Of a DNA stretch of 64,000 bases, positions 1-13,910 are shown one piece after another. How positions within the stretch are numbered: position 1 is the stretch's first letter; every line of letters starts with the position of its first letter. The stretch comes from Chrysomallon squamiferum (Eukaryota; Animalia; Mollusca), in NCBI GenBank assembly GCA_012295275.1, contig CM022679.1, positions 17,050,001 to 17,114,000 on the forward strand, read 5' to 3'. A model generated the notes under the pieces. The model worked only from the letters and a program-made list of their open reading frames with translations. It had not been told where the DNA came from and made no database searches. A program made the position numbers and the translations under genes.

Positions 1-1179
1 CAGCTGTATACTATTACTTTTAAGAAACATCTTTCAACTATCATGTGAAAAAATCTGTTTCTACTCTGTAGGCCATTTTTATCAGTTAGCTGTAAAGGGT
101 ATTTTATAAGAACCTTCCCATAGAAGATAAATATTCAGAATTCTCTTTGATAAATGTCTTGTGGAGACTGGCTTTAATGAGAAATGAGGAAAAGGGTTCT
201 TGCAACAAACAAGCACCTGGCCAATGCTCTACCATGCATAGAGTACAGCCCACTTTGTAAATAAATGATGGCAGACTTCTAAATGTATCAATTAAACAGA
301 TAGATGAATGGGCGGGCAGTTAGAGGGAATAACAACTATTTAATGAACAAAGTAATTTAAAAACAACATTTTAAAAATAAGTTTGCCAAGTTAAAATCTT
401 CATAATTAACTCATTAACAAGACATACATAGACACACTGCTAATAATATATTTGAGACATGTGGTAAATGTCATGGTATTTGAACCATCAGGACTGGTTC
501 AGCTAAATACCTCTATTTGTACTGTAAGGTCAATCTTAGTTCAGCAAATCAGAGATAAAGGTGATATGGGGAAGGAAAATCTAGACTTGTAGTATTTTGT
601 GTACCTAGAGCCAGCAGTAGAAAATAATACTATTTATCTAATTAGAATGTTTTCTTATTTGATCAGATGAAGATTGGAGAGGGACTCAGGACTGCAGTAC
701 AGGGTGGCTAGTAAGAACTTAATTTAATATTAAAATCATATTGAAAAATTAATTTTATTTATTTTTTAAAAATATTTATTGTAATATTATTTATTATTAT
801 TATCATCATCATCATCATCATCATTATTATTAATTACTTAAGGTTCAGAAATGTAATTTGAATAATTTAAAATATTATTTAATATAGTATAAATATCTTA
901 TTTTATAAACAATTCAAATTATATTATATTTCTAAACTTCAAATCATGATTCATAGAACCAATTATATGTGGGTGTAGCTTTTGAAGGATGGGTACATTA
1001 TTTCTGAAAATATATTAATTAGCAAAAAAATAAATAATCCAGCATTAAGTAAATAATCCACAAATTAAAAAAAAAAACTTACATGCACACACATAAAATG
1101 CAGATAATAAAACTGAAAAAAAAAGCAAGGTATTTATTAAAGTAAACAAAATTATTAAAATTTGAATACAAGTACTCAC

Positions 1180-1560
1180 ATGCTACTTCAACAAGCCCAG
1201 GTTTGCTTTCAACAAATTTTGGTGCTGATGAACCAGGCACAGTATTCCAAGCATAACATCGGCAGATGTAACCCTCACTGCCAAAGTACTCCTCCACCTC
1301 TTCGCGGGATACTTTAATGCTTGATTGAAGAGTGCGTATACCTGTCATTGGATCAATCAGTTTCAGATTCACCTGATGTTTGGCTGGCACTTGCTGCCCT
1401 GCACATTTGAAAGTTATCTGAATAGCTGGTGTTGCCCTGCAAGTGATTGTAACTGGCTTGTTTTTTACAACAAAGTAATTAGGCTTGGGTTGTTCTTTGA
1501 ACACTGGAGGGCCTTGAGCCAGGGGATCACTGCTACCAATCACAGGCGCCACAAAGTCAC
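1180..1560 (-). CDS. unc5: UNC-5 family netrin receptor, exon encoding the first Ig-like domain (partial gene, continues left of the window)
   Basis: Translation PPVFKEQPKPNYFVVKNKPVTITCRATPAIQITFKC...VSREEVEEYFGSEGYICRCYAWN matches the UNC5 Ig1 signature (vertebrate PHFxxEPxxxYIVKNKPVxLxCxAxPATQIxFKC...SRQQVEExFGxEDYWCQCVAWS). Acceptor ttttcttcttgtgattccag|GT at 1561/1560 and donor GCAT|gtgagt at 1180/1179. 381 nt, phase 1-1. Confidence 0.95.
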
Positions 1561-4239
1561 CTGGAATCACAAGAAGAAAAGTTAATTAATAATTTTAATC
1601 TCAGAATTAAAAAATGCAGAAGAAATATAGAGAGACTGACTGAAAGAGATAAAACTTCCCCCCAAAAACCAGATTTATTTTTCTAAAAGGTCATGAAAAT
1701 TTAATAAAATTTCAAATAAATAAATAAAAGCATTTCTATTGTTTCTGAAAATATTCTACCATGTCAAGAACTCTATATAACATTTAAAAATAATAATTGT
1801 TAAATATATCACACACAAAAAATATACTCTATATAGAAAGAAATAATGCATTATTATGAGTTTGATATTAAACGATATATGTTTTCTTTAAAATATCTGA
1901 TAAAAGTCAGGAATGTTATTTACTATTTAAAAATAATTCTACTAACTGTCCAGTATATACATATATAAAATATTATTATTTTATTGCATTAAAGAAATGT
2001 ACATGAGAGTTTAAAACAATACATCAAGTGTGTGTTAATACATCTCCTGTCAATCACAGAACAATACACAGCTAACATTTCTTTCCTATTTTATTCCTTT
2101 TTTTTTTTTTTTTTTGTATAAACTTAGAAATGTGAAACAAAAAACTGAATTATTTTATAAAACTTTTCTGATAAAACATCTCATGAGAAATGTTAATGTA
2201 AGAACAATTTCTCACCTAACAGATGCATTAATGGTTATTCATGGCGTGTCCCTAGTGAAGCTGACATCTAATGTGATTACCACCAATGTCACTGTATTAA
2301 CACCTTCACACACCTCTTCAACTTCACAACAAATTCAAATCTATTTTTATATAAATCTTTAATTTAAAACATTTTTTTATCTGCTATTAGTTACAGCTGT
2401 AACCTTTTTTAAAATGGTTTGTTATCAAAACACTGATGTTGTTGATTTTCATGAGGACGGTATTGACTTATGAACACTCAAAAAGATACATTTAAAAACT
2501 GAAAAAACAAAAGCATCATTGATTCTGGTTGAGATATAAATACAAATTTTTTCCTAATATAAAAACCAATTTCTCATTAATATAGACATGTACCTTCACA
2601 GAATGCTGACATTTAATCCAAGAAGATCTGTTACAGTTCATGTTTACTGTTTCACATTCAAGTGCTTTGCCCACCTGGTCTGCCAAGTAACTATAACCCA
2701 ACTGAACTCTGCATTTATTAAACAAATTATTACTGTTATGATACCAAAAACCTGACATACCTAAACACAACTCCTACGTTCTTGGTGTCCACCTATGTAT
2801 GTTAACCATCTATTTATTACCCATAATGTTGAAGAGAATTGCTGCCATTACATTGAAGGATCACTGTTCCTAACCCATTATGTTATCTAAGGTCCAGTTC
2901 AAGAACTTAATTCTAGTGCACTGTTTGGGTTGGGTTACATTCTAACTCCTGGTATCTCAGTCTGTGAGAGCAGTTGCTGTGTACACTCTAATAGTATGTC
3001 TGGTACACTGTCATGTTATTATTGTTATCATACCATGTGCACCACTGTGAGCCATGACAACAAATAGTATTTTATTTTAAGGTTGAATATCCCTTATGAT
3101 GAGACAATATAGTGACTGTCAGAATTAAAAGACAGAATATTAATCATCTTTGTCTGCTTTATATCTTTATATAATATTCATATAGCAGAACAAACATTTT
3201 AATCCAACAGCAAAATAAAATGTATCGTAATAATTAGCTTATTAAAGTATGAAACTACCAATAGAATTTAATAGTTTACTTTTACTATTACTGTAAATTG
3301 TATTTTCTAAATATTACTTCATAAACTGGCTGCTTTGATTGGTACACTCACGCTAGACTGACAGACAGATGCATACCTTTCACATCATCTAAACATACAC
3401 TGAAAGGTGGGCTGGCGTGACCTGTTCAAATTGAACAAAAGTGTATATGTTCATATCATTCACTACTGATATGTATCTAGTAAATCTTATAGTGTGAACA
3501 TGGCCTTAGATTATCATCTGATCCATCAAGCCTTGGATAATAAATATTTATAATATATCTAATGCTTATTTGCCAAGAACAGGTGGACTAATTTATTTAA
3601 TAAAGAACACAACATATTTTTTATATGTTGTTATATGGCTAATATAATGATGGGCTAAGGATCTCAGTATAACAAAGTATATGACTTATTGGCCCTATGT
3701 CATCATGCATGTTAATGAAAGCACTATTTGTAAAAAAATTATAAGAACACTGATATGTCCATCACTATAAAAATGTATATAAAACCTTTGATAATGTTTA
3801 AGACACTGATATCATGATATCTATAAAACACTTAAAAACCACATGGATTATGGCAATAGCAAGAACCTAAAACTTCATACAGAGGTCAATACATCTGTCT
3901 GGTAGAAAAAGCAGTAGTATGGTAAAAACAACATAAAATTAGGCACAAGTAACTAAATAAGCAGATTAATTACTCCATGTTCCATGTTCCAAACAACTAA
4001 CTGTGTTTCCAAGTGTTCAGCTAATTCCTCTTCATGTGGAAAATGTAAGCCAGTGATAAGGCAGATAACCTTTCTAAAATAGCAGGTCTAAAGTCAACGG
4101 TGAAAAGAATATAGGAGTTTATCAAAGTTGGCTCATTAGACTGCAGGTCTCATCATGTTTCTCTTGTGCCTGTTAATCTGACAATCTCTGTGAGTGTGCA
4201 GAACAGAAACCAAAGATGCCACAGCCAGTGATTACTTGT

Positions 4240-4555
4240 TATCTGCTTTACATGAAGTTTGTGTGTAAATTATGGAAAATATCATACCACTGCTGTTTAC
4301 ATGCTAGAGTTTGTGTAAATTATAGAAAATACATAGAAATTAATGGTTTACTTTGAAGAGTTACATTATAGAAAATACCACAAACACTGCTTTTTACATG
4401 CTAGAGTTTGTAAATTATAGAAAACACCACAGAAATTAATGGTTTACATTCAAGAGTTAGCATATATGTTATAGAAAATATATAGGAATTAATTGTTTAC
4501 ATGCTAAAGTTTGTGTAAATTATAGAACATACTACATACATTGCTGTTTATATCT
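4240..4555. repeat. Degenerate ~50-bp tandem repeat
   Basis: Recurring TTTACATGCTAGAGTTTGTGTAAATTATAGAAAA core, ~6 diverged copies. Confidence 0.8.
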
Positions 4556-5509
4556 TTATCATGGTTTATTTGGTTCAGTTTAATTCAACAAATAAAAACC
4601 ATTTAATGGAATTAAATAAATAACCAAACCAACTACATTTTATTTTATACTGTGCATTATAATAGTAATTTACTGTCAACCTACATAATATTTTAAACTG
4701 AATTGTTTTTTTTAGTAGCTTACTGAAAAACAAACTCAGTTAAAGTCATTAAAAAATAACATCAAATATCTTTTTATCTCCTCTTTTTCAAAATTAAACT
4801 GATTTTCCAAACAGATGGTTGGACCATTAACTATGACATCACGTTAATAACACAGTACATGCATGAAGACACATATCTACATTTTAATTTACTATTAAAA
4901 TATTTTATGTAGAATACTTCATAAAAATAAGACTATTCCCTCCAATACATTCCTCAATAATGACAGTAAGACTTCAGTTCTGCAGTAATCTGGAAACCTG
5001 GGTATAAATTCCAGCATTCTCCAGCTGGAAGTAAACAAGTCTAAATCTATCCCATCATTCCACAGTGTCAATGAACCAGTTCACTGTTCCAACCCTTCTA
5101 CTGAAGCAGGGTATCAGACTTTATCCATTAAGTGTTTCAGTGACAGAAAACTTTGACTGGTCAGAAAAATGATGGCCAACTATGAATTCAACTTAGGGCT
5201 GCAGAAAACAATGCTAATTTCCATCTCATAAAATATGTAACAGAGAGCAAATAGCACAAAATCTTTTAAGCTAATGGATTTTAAGTAATGTTTTCATATT
5301 GAATTTTTATTATTTCCCTAAAGAGTGTAATATGAAACAATCCATGAATATATTCAACAATAATGAATATAAAATGTAAAATGTAAGTAACTCAAGGAAC
5401 ATCAAATCATTACAAAGCTATTTGTGATTTTTTATCCTCACAGCAAGATTTCATTTAATTATGTATTTTATCAGTTTTCACCATTTCTTTCTCAGTTGAA
5501 ATGTGTGCC

Positions 5510-5875
5510 ATTTCCTATTCACTATCCCAGTACTATTTCATTCCTCTGCTGACTGCCTCAATATTATATACTACTCATTTTCATTCACTGTCCCTGTGTC
5601 ATCTGAATAGTCTCTTATTTACTGTTTCTATAAAAACTTCTACTCACTGTTACATTATTTCCAACTCACTATAATGTTCTATGTCTCTATACTCACTCTC
5701 CCATTTATTGTCCTTACACTGTTTCCTAATTACTCTCCTGCTCACTGTCCTCCCTGTACTCACTCTCTATATATTATCATTTACTCACTGATATACATCA
5801 TCTCCTAATCACTATCCATGTACTATCTCCTAATCACTGTCACTTCACTCTATCCTAGGCTCGCTGTCACTACAT
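5510..5875. repeat. Degenerate pyrimidine-rich repeat built on ACTCACT(G/A/C)T
   Basis: Motif recurs every ~20-40 bp. Confidence 0.6.
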
Positions 5876-7611
5876 TATTTATGCCAATTATAAGCAGAAC
5901 AGAGACAAATAATTACCCCTGTTGGTTACTGCAGAGGTTATTATCAGCTGACCTTTTAAAACCAGTATCATGTTTTAATTTCAGTTACTGTTTGTTGCTT
6001 TTTCTATCAACCCAAGTGACACTATTGTTATGAAAATTATATAAAACATAACATGTATTATATTTCTCTTATTTACTGTGGGAAATTTCAAGAATGTATT
6101 CAACCAGGAGGCAACAAGAAAACAAATGAATATATACACAGATTTTATTATCAATTGTTAATAAAGACCAAACATAAGCTTCACTGTTGTGGGATATTAT
6201 TTGTTTGTTTTTTTTTTTTTTTTTTTTTTTGTGTGTATCATCTGAATGATACTAAAAAGGAAACTGCTGTCATAATACAATGGAAAATTCTTGTTTATTA
6301 GCACCATGGGGTCCTTATAAATTATGTATGTATATATTATGTCTTCTCTTGGACAGGAAAACAAATGTCACAGAATTTAGTACACCAGCATGAAGCAAAA
6401 TGACTGGATATAGCATCACTGCTACATCATGCAGGATTGATCTTACAGACTGCTGTATGTCATGCCAGTGCCCCCCCCCACCCCCAATCTATAGTTACAT
6501 CAAAGGAAAATCAAATAACACTTGTTTTACAAAATTATACAACACTTAATCCATTTTTATTATGTGCAATAATATTGTGAATAATTATTTCTGAATTTGA
6601 CCATTAAAAAGAAAAGTTATATTTTAATAATACAAAAAAAAAAAAAAAATCAATTTAAAAATGGTAAATACAGAATATAAGTTATAAAAATAATAATAGA
6701 ATAAAAAAAATAAGAAGATAAACTTGGAAAAAAAACAACTTATGAATTCAAAAATATATTAATAGGATATAAATTACCAGAAATAATAAACAAATATAAA
6801 TTAAATGTATGATATATGATGTGACATACAAATAATAAATATAAAAATCCATATGCAAAAGTTGCAAAGGTTTTAATTCTGTATTTTTTGTATTAAAATG
6901 GTCTCCATAGATATGAAACAAGAAAACTAATTCAAGTCACAGCTGCAGTTAGGGGGAAGCTATTAACTATAACTATAAGGCTATTAAATAGGTTGGTCAC
7001 AGAAAACATTGTGATGGAAATAGCTGGAAACAGTTGGTGGTGTCTCCATAAAACAGTGGGTTACTTCTATTTTGCATTTTCATTGACTGTTTTTGTTGAA
7101 TTGGGCATTAATAAATGCCACATATAATGCACTGACATTATTGTTGGAAAAGCGAGAGCAAATGTGGTGGTGGGGGAATGGGTAGGTGGAAGGGTTTAAA
7201 AGTATTTCTAAGTATAAAGTTTTTAATATTTTAGTGCTGTGTGAATGGTAATAAATACTGACAATGATAAATGTATCCATGCTATCTATGTACAGGTATA
7301 CATATAAATGTGCTTGTGTTGTGTTGTGTGTATATTTCATTGTGTGTTTCGTTATAACAAATATTCTCGCATTTGAAAATGAAGGCTGTTTTGTTTGTTT
7401 ATAATTATATTTTTATTTTTACTTTATTTTTTATTTATTTTTTATTTTTTTGCATAAAACCATTAATTGGCAATAACAGCATTTTTCAGCTCATCTTGAT
7501 TAGAACCTCATGTAATCAGAAGCAGTCATCAGTGCCACGGCAGTAATTTATGTATAAAATATTTAAAACATTCCTCCAAATTAGCCTTGTCATTTGTTAC
7601 TGACTTAGGAT

Positions 7612-7800
7612 GTTGGAAGAAAGTTTTTATTTAATGATGCACTCAATACATTTTTAATCTTCTGTCATCTGTTTGTGGCTATGATCATATAGATAACAAA
7701 AAGAGAAACTCACTGCTGCAAAATCACTGACCACCTTTTTTCAGTTAGCAATATGACAACTTTTATATGTACATTCCCATGAACTGAAAAGCACATAATT
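7612..7800 (-). mobile_element. 3' fragment of the same SINE-like family in reverse orientation
   Basis: TTTATTTAATGATGCACTCAATACATTTT, GAGAAACTCACTGCTG and TTAGCA..CTTTTATATGTACATTCCCA are reverse complements of the shared motifs. Similar fragments occur at ~3590-3680, 6290-6440 and 8890-8990. Confidence 0.55.
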
Positions 7801-10182
7801 ATCCTACAGGTTTATTCCATAATTAGGTTCAGAGTCAAGGTTAGCATCAGATTTTGTTTAGTTTTTGACATCCTTCCCAAATAAATATTTATTTTATTAG
7901 TTTTACATCTTATGAATAAGGATGGGAATATCAGATGATTAAAGACAAGGCAGACTTTTATTTAATTTTACAAATTCATTTAAATGGTCTCTGTAATTTC
8001 CCTGTGTAATATTAAATCAGAGAATTCTTTTGTATTACAGCCTTACCCTAGACTTTTCCTATGAGATATTAAATCAGAGAATCATCTTTTATTATAGCCT
8101 TTCTCTAGAATTTCCCTGAGATATTAATGATGGATTGCTTTATATCATATCTATTCTCTAGAGCTACTTGTGAAATATTAAAGCATTTAAATATTGTGTC
8201 ACTTCTGTTTACTGTAAATCTAAGACACTTTTTCTGTTGAGAAATAATTATTTAGACATTTCTTGAGTCTGGATCAGAAGACAAATCAAATCTGTTTCTC
8301 TACTATCAATTTTTCTCATTTATTTCTGTTCAAATGCAGTTTGGTTTTAGAAATCACTAGACCTATAAATATACAATCTATAATATATAAAAAATAAAAA
8401 ACAAAACAAAAGGACATCACATTCCTAAACAGTTTTGTATAAAAAAAATTGAAGAAATCCAATTTTCTGATGTCATCCCAGATCATTTTAATTCATGACA
8501 TTAAAATCAAAATAAGTCCAAACAACAACAAAAAGGAAAAAACAGAAAGCTTCTGTCTTTCAACACTATTTGAGGTAATTTGAGTCCAAGAATATTCCAA
8601 CTCTATGCATTGGCTAAACTTTGTTTTTGTTAAAGAGAGTTTCACAAATAATCCAAAACAGTTTCTCCAATTCCAATAAATAGCATGTTATCTTTTGCAT
8701 TTTCCTCTTCGTTATATGAGCACTATTAAAAAAATATCAAGCTAATCTGTACCTGTACTTTTTTAAAACAAATGAAGTTCACACATAGGTGAAACTATAA
8801 AAAGTAGTTTAAGTAATTCAAAGCATATAAAGATTATCATTAACACTTTAGACATTACTACTTTTAGAATACAGACGTAGAAGATAACTAAGAAATATAA
8901 CTATAGCAAGAAGAGAAGAAACATACTGCCACCATTCAGTTTGTATTAGCAATAATGAATTTTTTAAATACTCCTTCTCATATCCATAAACCAGGCAGAA
9001 GGAAGCCATTAGCTATTAAATAAAAGAGCTCAGTAAAATTCTATTTTGTCCTACTGATCTGATATTTGTATCTTTATACATAACATGCAAACTAGCAAAA
9101 CAAATAACTGAGAAAGACTTCCAACAGTTCCAGTATCTTTATTTACATAAAATGGAATTATCTTAACTCTAAAACTAACCTTTAAGAATGTTATAAAAAT
9201 CAAACTGATTATACAGTTATAAAATATAATACATATAGTACATGGAGATAATGAAAAAGACAATCTGTTGTTACTACATGATCAGATACTTATTTTTCAT
9301 TAGAATATTATATATTCATCAAAACAGTTAAAATGTGTGTCAGAAGCTGAATTTTTTCCATTGTTCAAAATTTAAAGAGTAAAGAGAAATGAATTTGCAG
9401 AGTTCTAACAAATAAGATTATTCTGGACACTGTTCATTGGCATGTTAAATAATTCACTGTTTATGTCACAAAATAAAACATGCACTTTTTGTTGTTTTCA
9501 ATAATACTTTCTTTTTTTTCTCTCCAAAAATCTAAATGTCTAATTCTGCTAGCAGTCAGTTCATATCACCTGTACAAGAACTTCTTTATAACTATTTCAA
9601 AGGAAAATGTTGGGTCAAGGAGTTTCAAAGTGAGTTTAAAGAAAATGAAATCAATGTAATTCAGATAAATGTAAGCCACTGCAGTTTGTTTATGAGTATT
9701 CATCAGATTACACTTTGAAAGGATTGTAGTTTATGGTGAGAAAAAGAAAAAACAAAAGTCAAAAAGAGTAATAAAAACAAACAAAGGAACAAAAAATAAG
9801 TAAGGGAAAAAAGAACAAAGAGAAAGAAAGAACAAAGTAATTGAGAAGGATAGAAAGAATAAATGAACAGAAAGAACAAGAGAGAGAGAAAGAAGAAATT
9901 TAAGAAAGAACGAGAGAAAAGCAAGAAGAACTGGTTATAAATCTGACAAGTGTGAAAGATGATACTTGTGAATGATAAAAGGTAAAGAGCTGGAGATGGC
10001 TCAGTTTTAAGTTTTTACCTGAAAAACTATTTTTGTCATTATGTTCTTATTCAAACAAATCTCATCCATGTTGTATTCATAAAATTGAGAAAACACTGTT
10101 AAATACAGAACAAAATCAGCCAAGTAACAACTCAGTGATAAAAACAACAACAAAAAAAGGATAGCTCCAAAGAAAAACAAAC

Positions 10183-10230
<48 letters not shown>
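10183..10230. repeat. (CA)n microsatellite
   Basis: Pure CA run. Confidence 0.97.
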
Positions 10231-10233
<3 letters not shown>

Positions 10234-11271
10234 ACAAAAAAAAAAGAGAAAAGCTGTTAAAGTAATTTTACAATGCTCTACTGATCTTTGGATTAATAAC
10301 CAAAGAAATTAATATGAGCATGTTATGTCACTTCTCTAATCATTTATCTAATCATCAAATACAGACAAATGAGATCTATATATTGTGCCCTGGACATATA
10401 TACTTTAACTTTTAACTGATTAGAAGTACATTTTATATGGTACCTTGATTGACACAGTATTAAAACTGATCAGACCTCAATAGGGAAAGTTAGGCCTGGA
10501 CTAGACTGTTTGAACAATATCTATTAAGATAGATTTTGTTAAATGACCCTGACAACATCTATCAGAATACTGCGAGGAAAAAACCCATTAAAAAAACAAC
10601 AGCATATTATTCCTTTTCTTTTTCTCACTCTCTCGCTCAGCTCTAGAAATGTGACTAACAAAACAACAGTGTGACAGGATTGGACAAGTATTTGTAGAGA
10701 ACATAAAATATTCTGCCTGTTAAAACTGCTTAATCTTTCATTTTCATATAAAACTTTGACTTTCTGGAGTCAACTATTGACTATTTAATTGAAAAATACT
10801 ATTCTATATTAATATAGTTACAAACAAGAAATAATATTAAAATATTTTCTTATAATATGTTACAGATGTTAACCTTTCTTCAAATATTACTAAATATTTC
10901 CTAACATCAACATTTTTTTGTTAAACATTATAAAATTAATATGTCTACTGGGGATAATAATAAAAAGAACATTGAATAAACTCAAATTTAATTTCACTTA
11001 CATATGACACAATATTCAATAAAGCAAGTCTAAATTTGCTTATGTTTAATCAATAATTACAAAAAATATAGCCCTATTAAAAACAACATCAATAAACAAA
11101 ATGTTATTTATTATCAATGTCTCAAATGTTGTCTGAATTGAATGAATTAAGGATTCATGAGTTATAGCACATATAACAGCAGTGTAGTCCTTCAGGAACT
11201 GATGAAATGGTCCACTGAATTCACCAGCAAACAACACTTACTGCAGTAATCATTTTAAATGTGTCTTCACT

Positions 11272-11564
11272 GGGGGGGGGACAGCACCTGGCTGTGGTAT
11301 GAGCTGCTACAGGTTCAGTTCTCATCAGTGTATCCATTTGGTTATTTCTCATTTAGCCAAGAGTTTGGTGACTATTTATTAAAAAAAAAAGTCTTTGATA
11401 TTTCATGATTTTAATGGGAAGGTGTGTATTAAAGATTGTTTAAAGAAGCCAGATATTAAAAGCAGCCTTTGCTTGTAGTGACAGCTGGTTTCCTCTCTCA
11501 ATATGTGTAGTTTTAAATCACCTAACTGTTGATAATACGTGAGTACAACATTCTTGCTTCCTTC
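11272..11564 (+). mobile_element. Decayed tRNA-derived SINE-like element
   Basis: Shares ordered motifs with other copies: box-B-like GGTTCAGTTCTC, CCATTTGGTTATTTCTCATT, GGGAAGGTGTGTATTAAAGAT, GTGACAGCTGGTTTCCTCTCTCAATAT and a CTTCCTTCC tail. Resembles molluscan tRNA/Meta-type SINEs from memory; not verified. Confidence 0.6.
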
Positions 11565-13910
11565 CAGTACTGGATACACATACAGCTGACACACTCCAAC
11601 GTGGCAGTGTTGTTGACTTCACAGGACACTTGTGTAACAGCACAAAGTACTCTTTTTTCTGATAGCTGTATCGAGGATTATCAGAGAATAATTAATGGCC
11701 AGTTTTTCCTGGCTTTTATAACAATCTCATCTATTATGCAGCTAGCAATTAAGGGGAAGCTACATTTTCATTGCATTGCAGTCTGGGACGATCCTCTGCA
11801 AATGTTTGAAGTAAAATTAATGAAATTCAGATTAAAAAGTCCATCACTGTGTAACTTGGAATTATTGTCTTTGAAATGTAATTAAATTTAGCATCCTTTT
11901 ATCCAGAATACATATTGTTTTAATTTTAAAACATTCACTTTTTAATTTGATGACAGCAAAATGGTCACAATTTTTATTTGTCAACATAGGTTTATATCTC
12001 ATGGGTTTCATTTTATCTTTTGACTTTAATCAAACTTATGAAAGTGAATTTTAATTAAAAAAATAACGGTGTCTGGTGGAAGATTTCATCTTATACTTTC
12101 TTATTATTTACAAAATACTTAGAATCTTTTTATCATAACACAGAGCATAAATTATACCAATTTATTGTTCAGCATGAAAATATCCAACAGTGAACTTTGT
12201 TGTCTTGAGAATCAAAACAAGCCAGTATTCATGATTTGAATCATTTACAAAAATGTTTAAAACATGTTTTGAAATTATAGTAACTACTGGTTAAAATTAA
12301 GATATCCAAAAACAAATTTTTGTTGTTTTTAAAATGAAAACTATCATCTGGTCATCATTTGAATTATTTACAAAATATTTGTTTATTCCTTTAAATTATA
12401 AATTAACAAATTATTATTTAGAATCAAAACAAGTCAATGTCCATCATTTGTTCACAAATTTGTTTAAAATACTGATAGATAAAATATACATTACATCAAG
12501 TGTTGTTCAAAATGAAGATATCAAATAATAAATCTTTATCGCCATTAAAAATTAAACAAACAACTTATTAAGTAAATTATGTAGAGATAATTTCTGACAT
12601 AAATTAAAGAAAGTATTGTTTAACATAATCACATCACTAACCATCATTGTCTTCAGAACAAAACACTGCTCATTGTGTATTTTCTTACTGCTCTAATTAT
12701 CCCCACATGATTAATGCAAAACCTTGCTCTCTGATAGATTAGAGATTATGTGCATGCCTAAAGGGCTAAATAATGGCCTTAATCACCATATAAATGAGAA
12801 AGGTATTATCTGGCAACACAGACTTGAAACACTTCTATTCTGCATCAGGAAAATCAATCTATTATGAGTTCAAGGGCTGCGTAAGAGCTGGTAATGTTAA
12901 ATAATAGATGGGATAAGAGTGACTATCCAGTTTATAACTGGACTCGAGGGAGATGGATACATCAGTTCTGTATCTTTTGACCATTTAGCTACCTGAGAGA
13001 TTTAGGATGTCAGTACAGAATATTTTGTGTAATGTTTTTATTTATTAAGTTTAGCCAATTTTCTGGAACATTACCAAGTTTATAGCATTAATTACAGGAT
13101 TTCCTTAAACAAACACATCTAGAAAGTGCATACAAATGCAATAAAATTATAATATAAGACTATAATCAAATTTTACATCTGCCTGGTATAAGAATTTCAT
13201 TTTAATTTTTTATATAAGAGTATCACTTAAACTCATGCTTGTTATAAAATTATGGGATGATAGAAAATTTATCATTAAAATATACGTCAGTATATCATGG
13301 TTTTGTAATTAAAGGCTACAATATTACAACTTAAAATTAACAATGCACAAGCAAGCTTTTATTAACTATAAGCAGGTTAAAATTATACTATTAAAAAAAG
13401 AAAATGTTTAACAATAATAATGAAATTGAAAAAATAAAATGGTCTTAGTTTTGAATATAGCTTCTAAAAGTGTGACATGCAAAACAAGCTAATTTTCTTC
13501 TCTTGTTAGCAGAATGTTTTATCACTGTCGTATTTTATTCTAATCAAAGATGCCAGCTTATCACTTCAGATTACTATCATCCATTAAAAGTAACATACAG
13601 ATAGTAATACTTCATAACTACAGCATATTCCTTGTTTTTGTGGAAATTATTAACTGTTTAACTCTATTTCATATTAAAAATTTAAATATACATTAACCAA
13701 ACACTATTTTCCATATTCTGAATTAATTTTGAATAAACTGCACAGATAAGTTTTAGTGTTAAGAATATTAAACTGCATAAAATGTTCTTAAATTTGGTTA
13801 AAAAAATCAGTGAAGATAACAAAGACATTTTGATAAATATAAATGTCTGCATCATTTTTCTTTGAAACAGAGAGGTTCAGCTGTAAAGTATAGGTATCTG
13901 CCACTTACAG

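Noticed and set aside
1079-1570. The 163-aa ORF as a complete single-exon gene with a hydrophobic tail
   Set aside because: The ORF start and the residues after VEVA lie beyond canonical splice sites and are intronic read-through.
9703-9924. Phe/Leu-rich membrane-like ORF (also 53023-53355 and 10007-10237)
   Set aside because: Translations of purine-rich tracts and microsatellites.
11529-11885. 118-aa plus-strand ORF
   Set aside because: It overlaps a SINE tail, starts at a non-ATG codon and has no recognisable homology.
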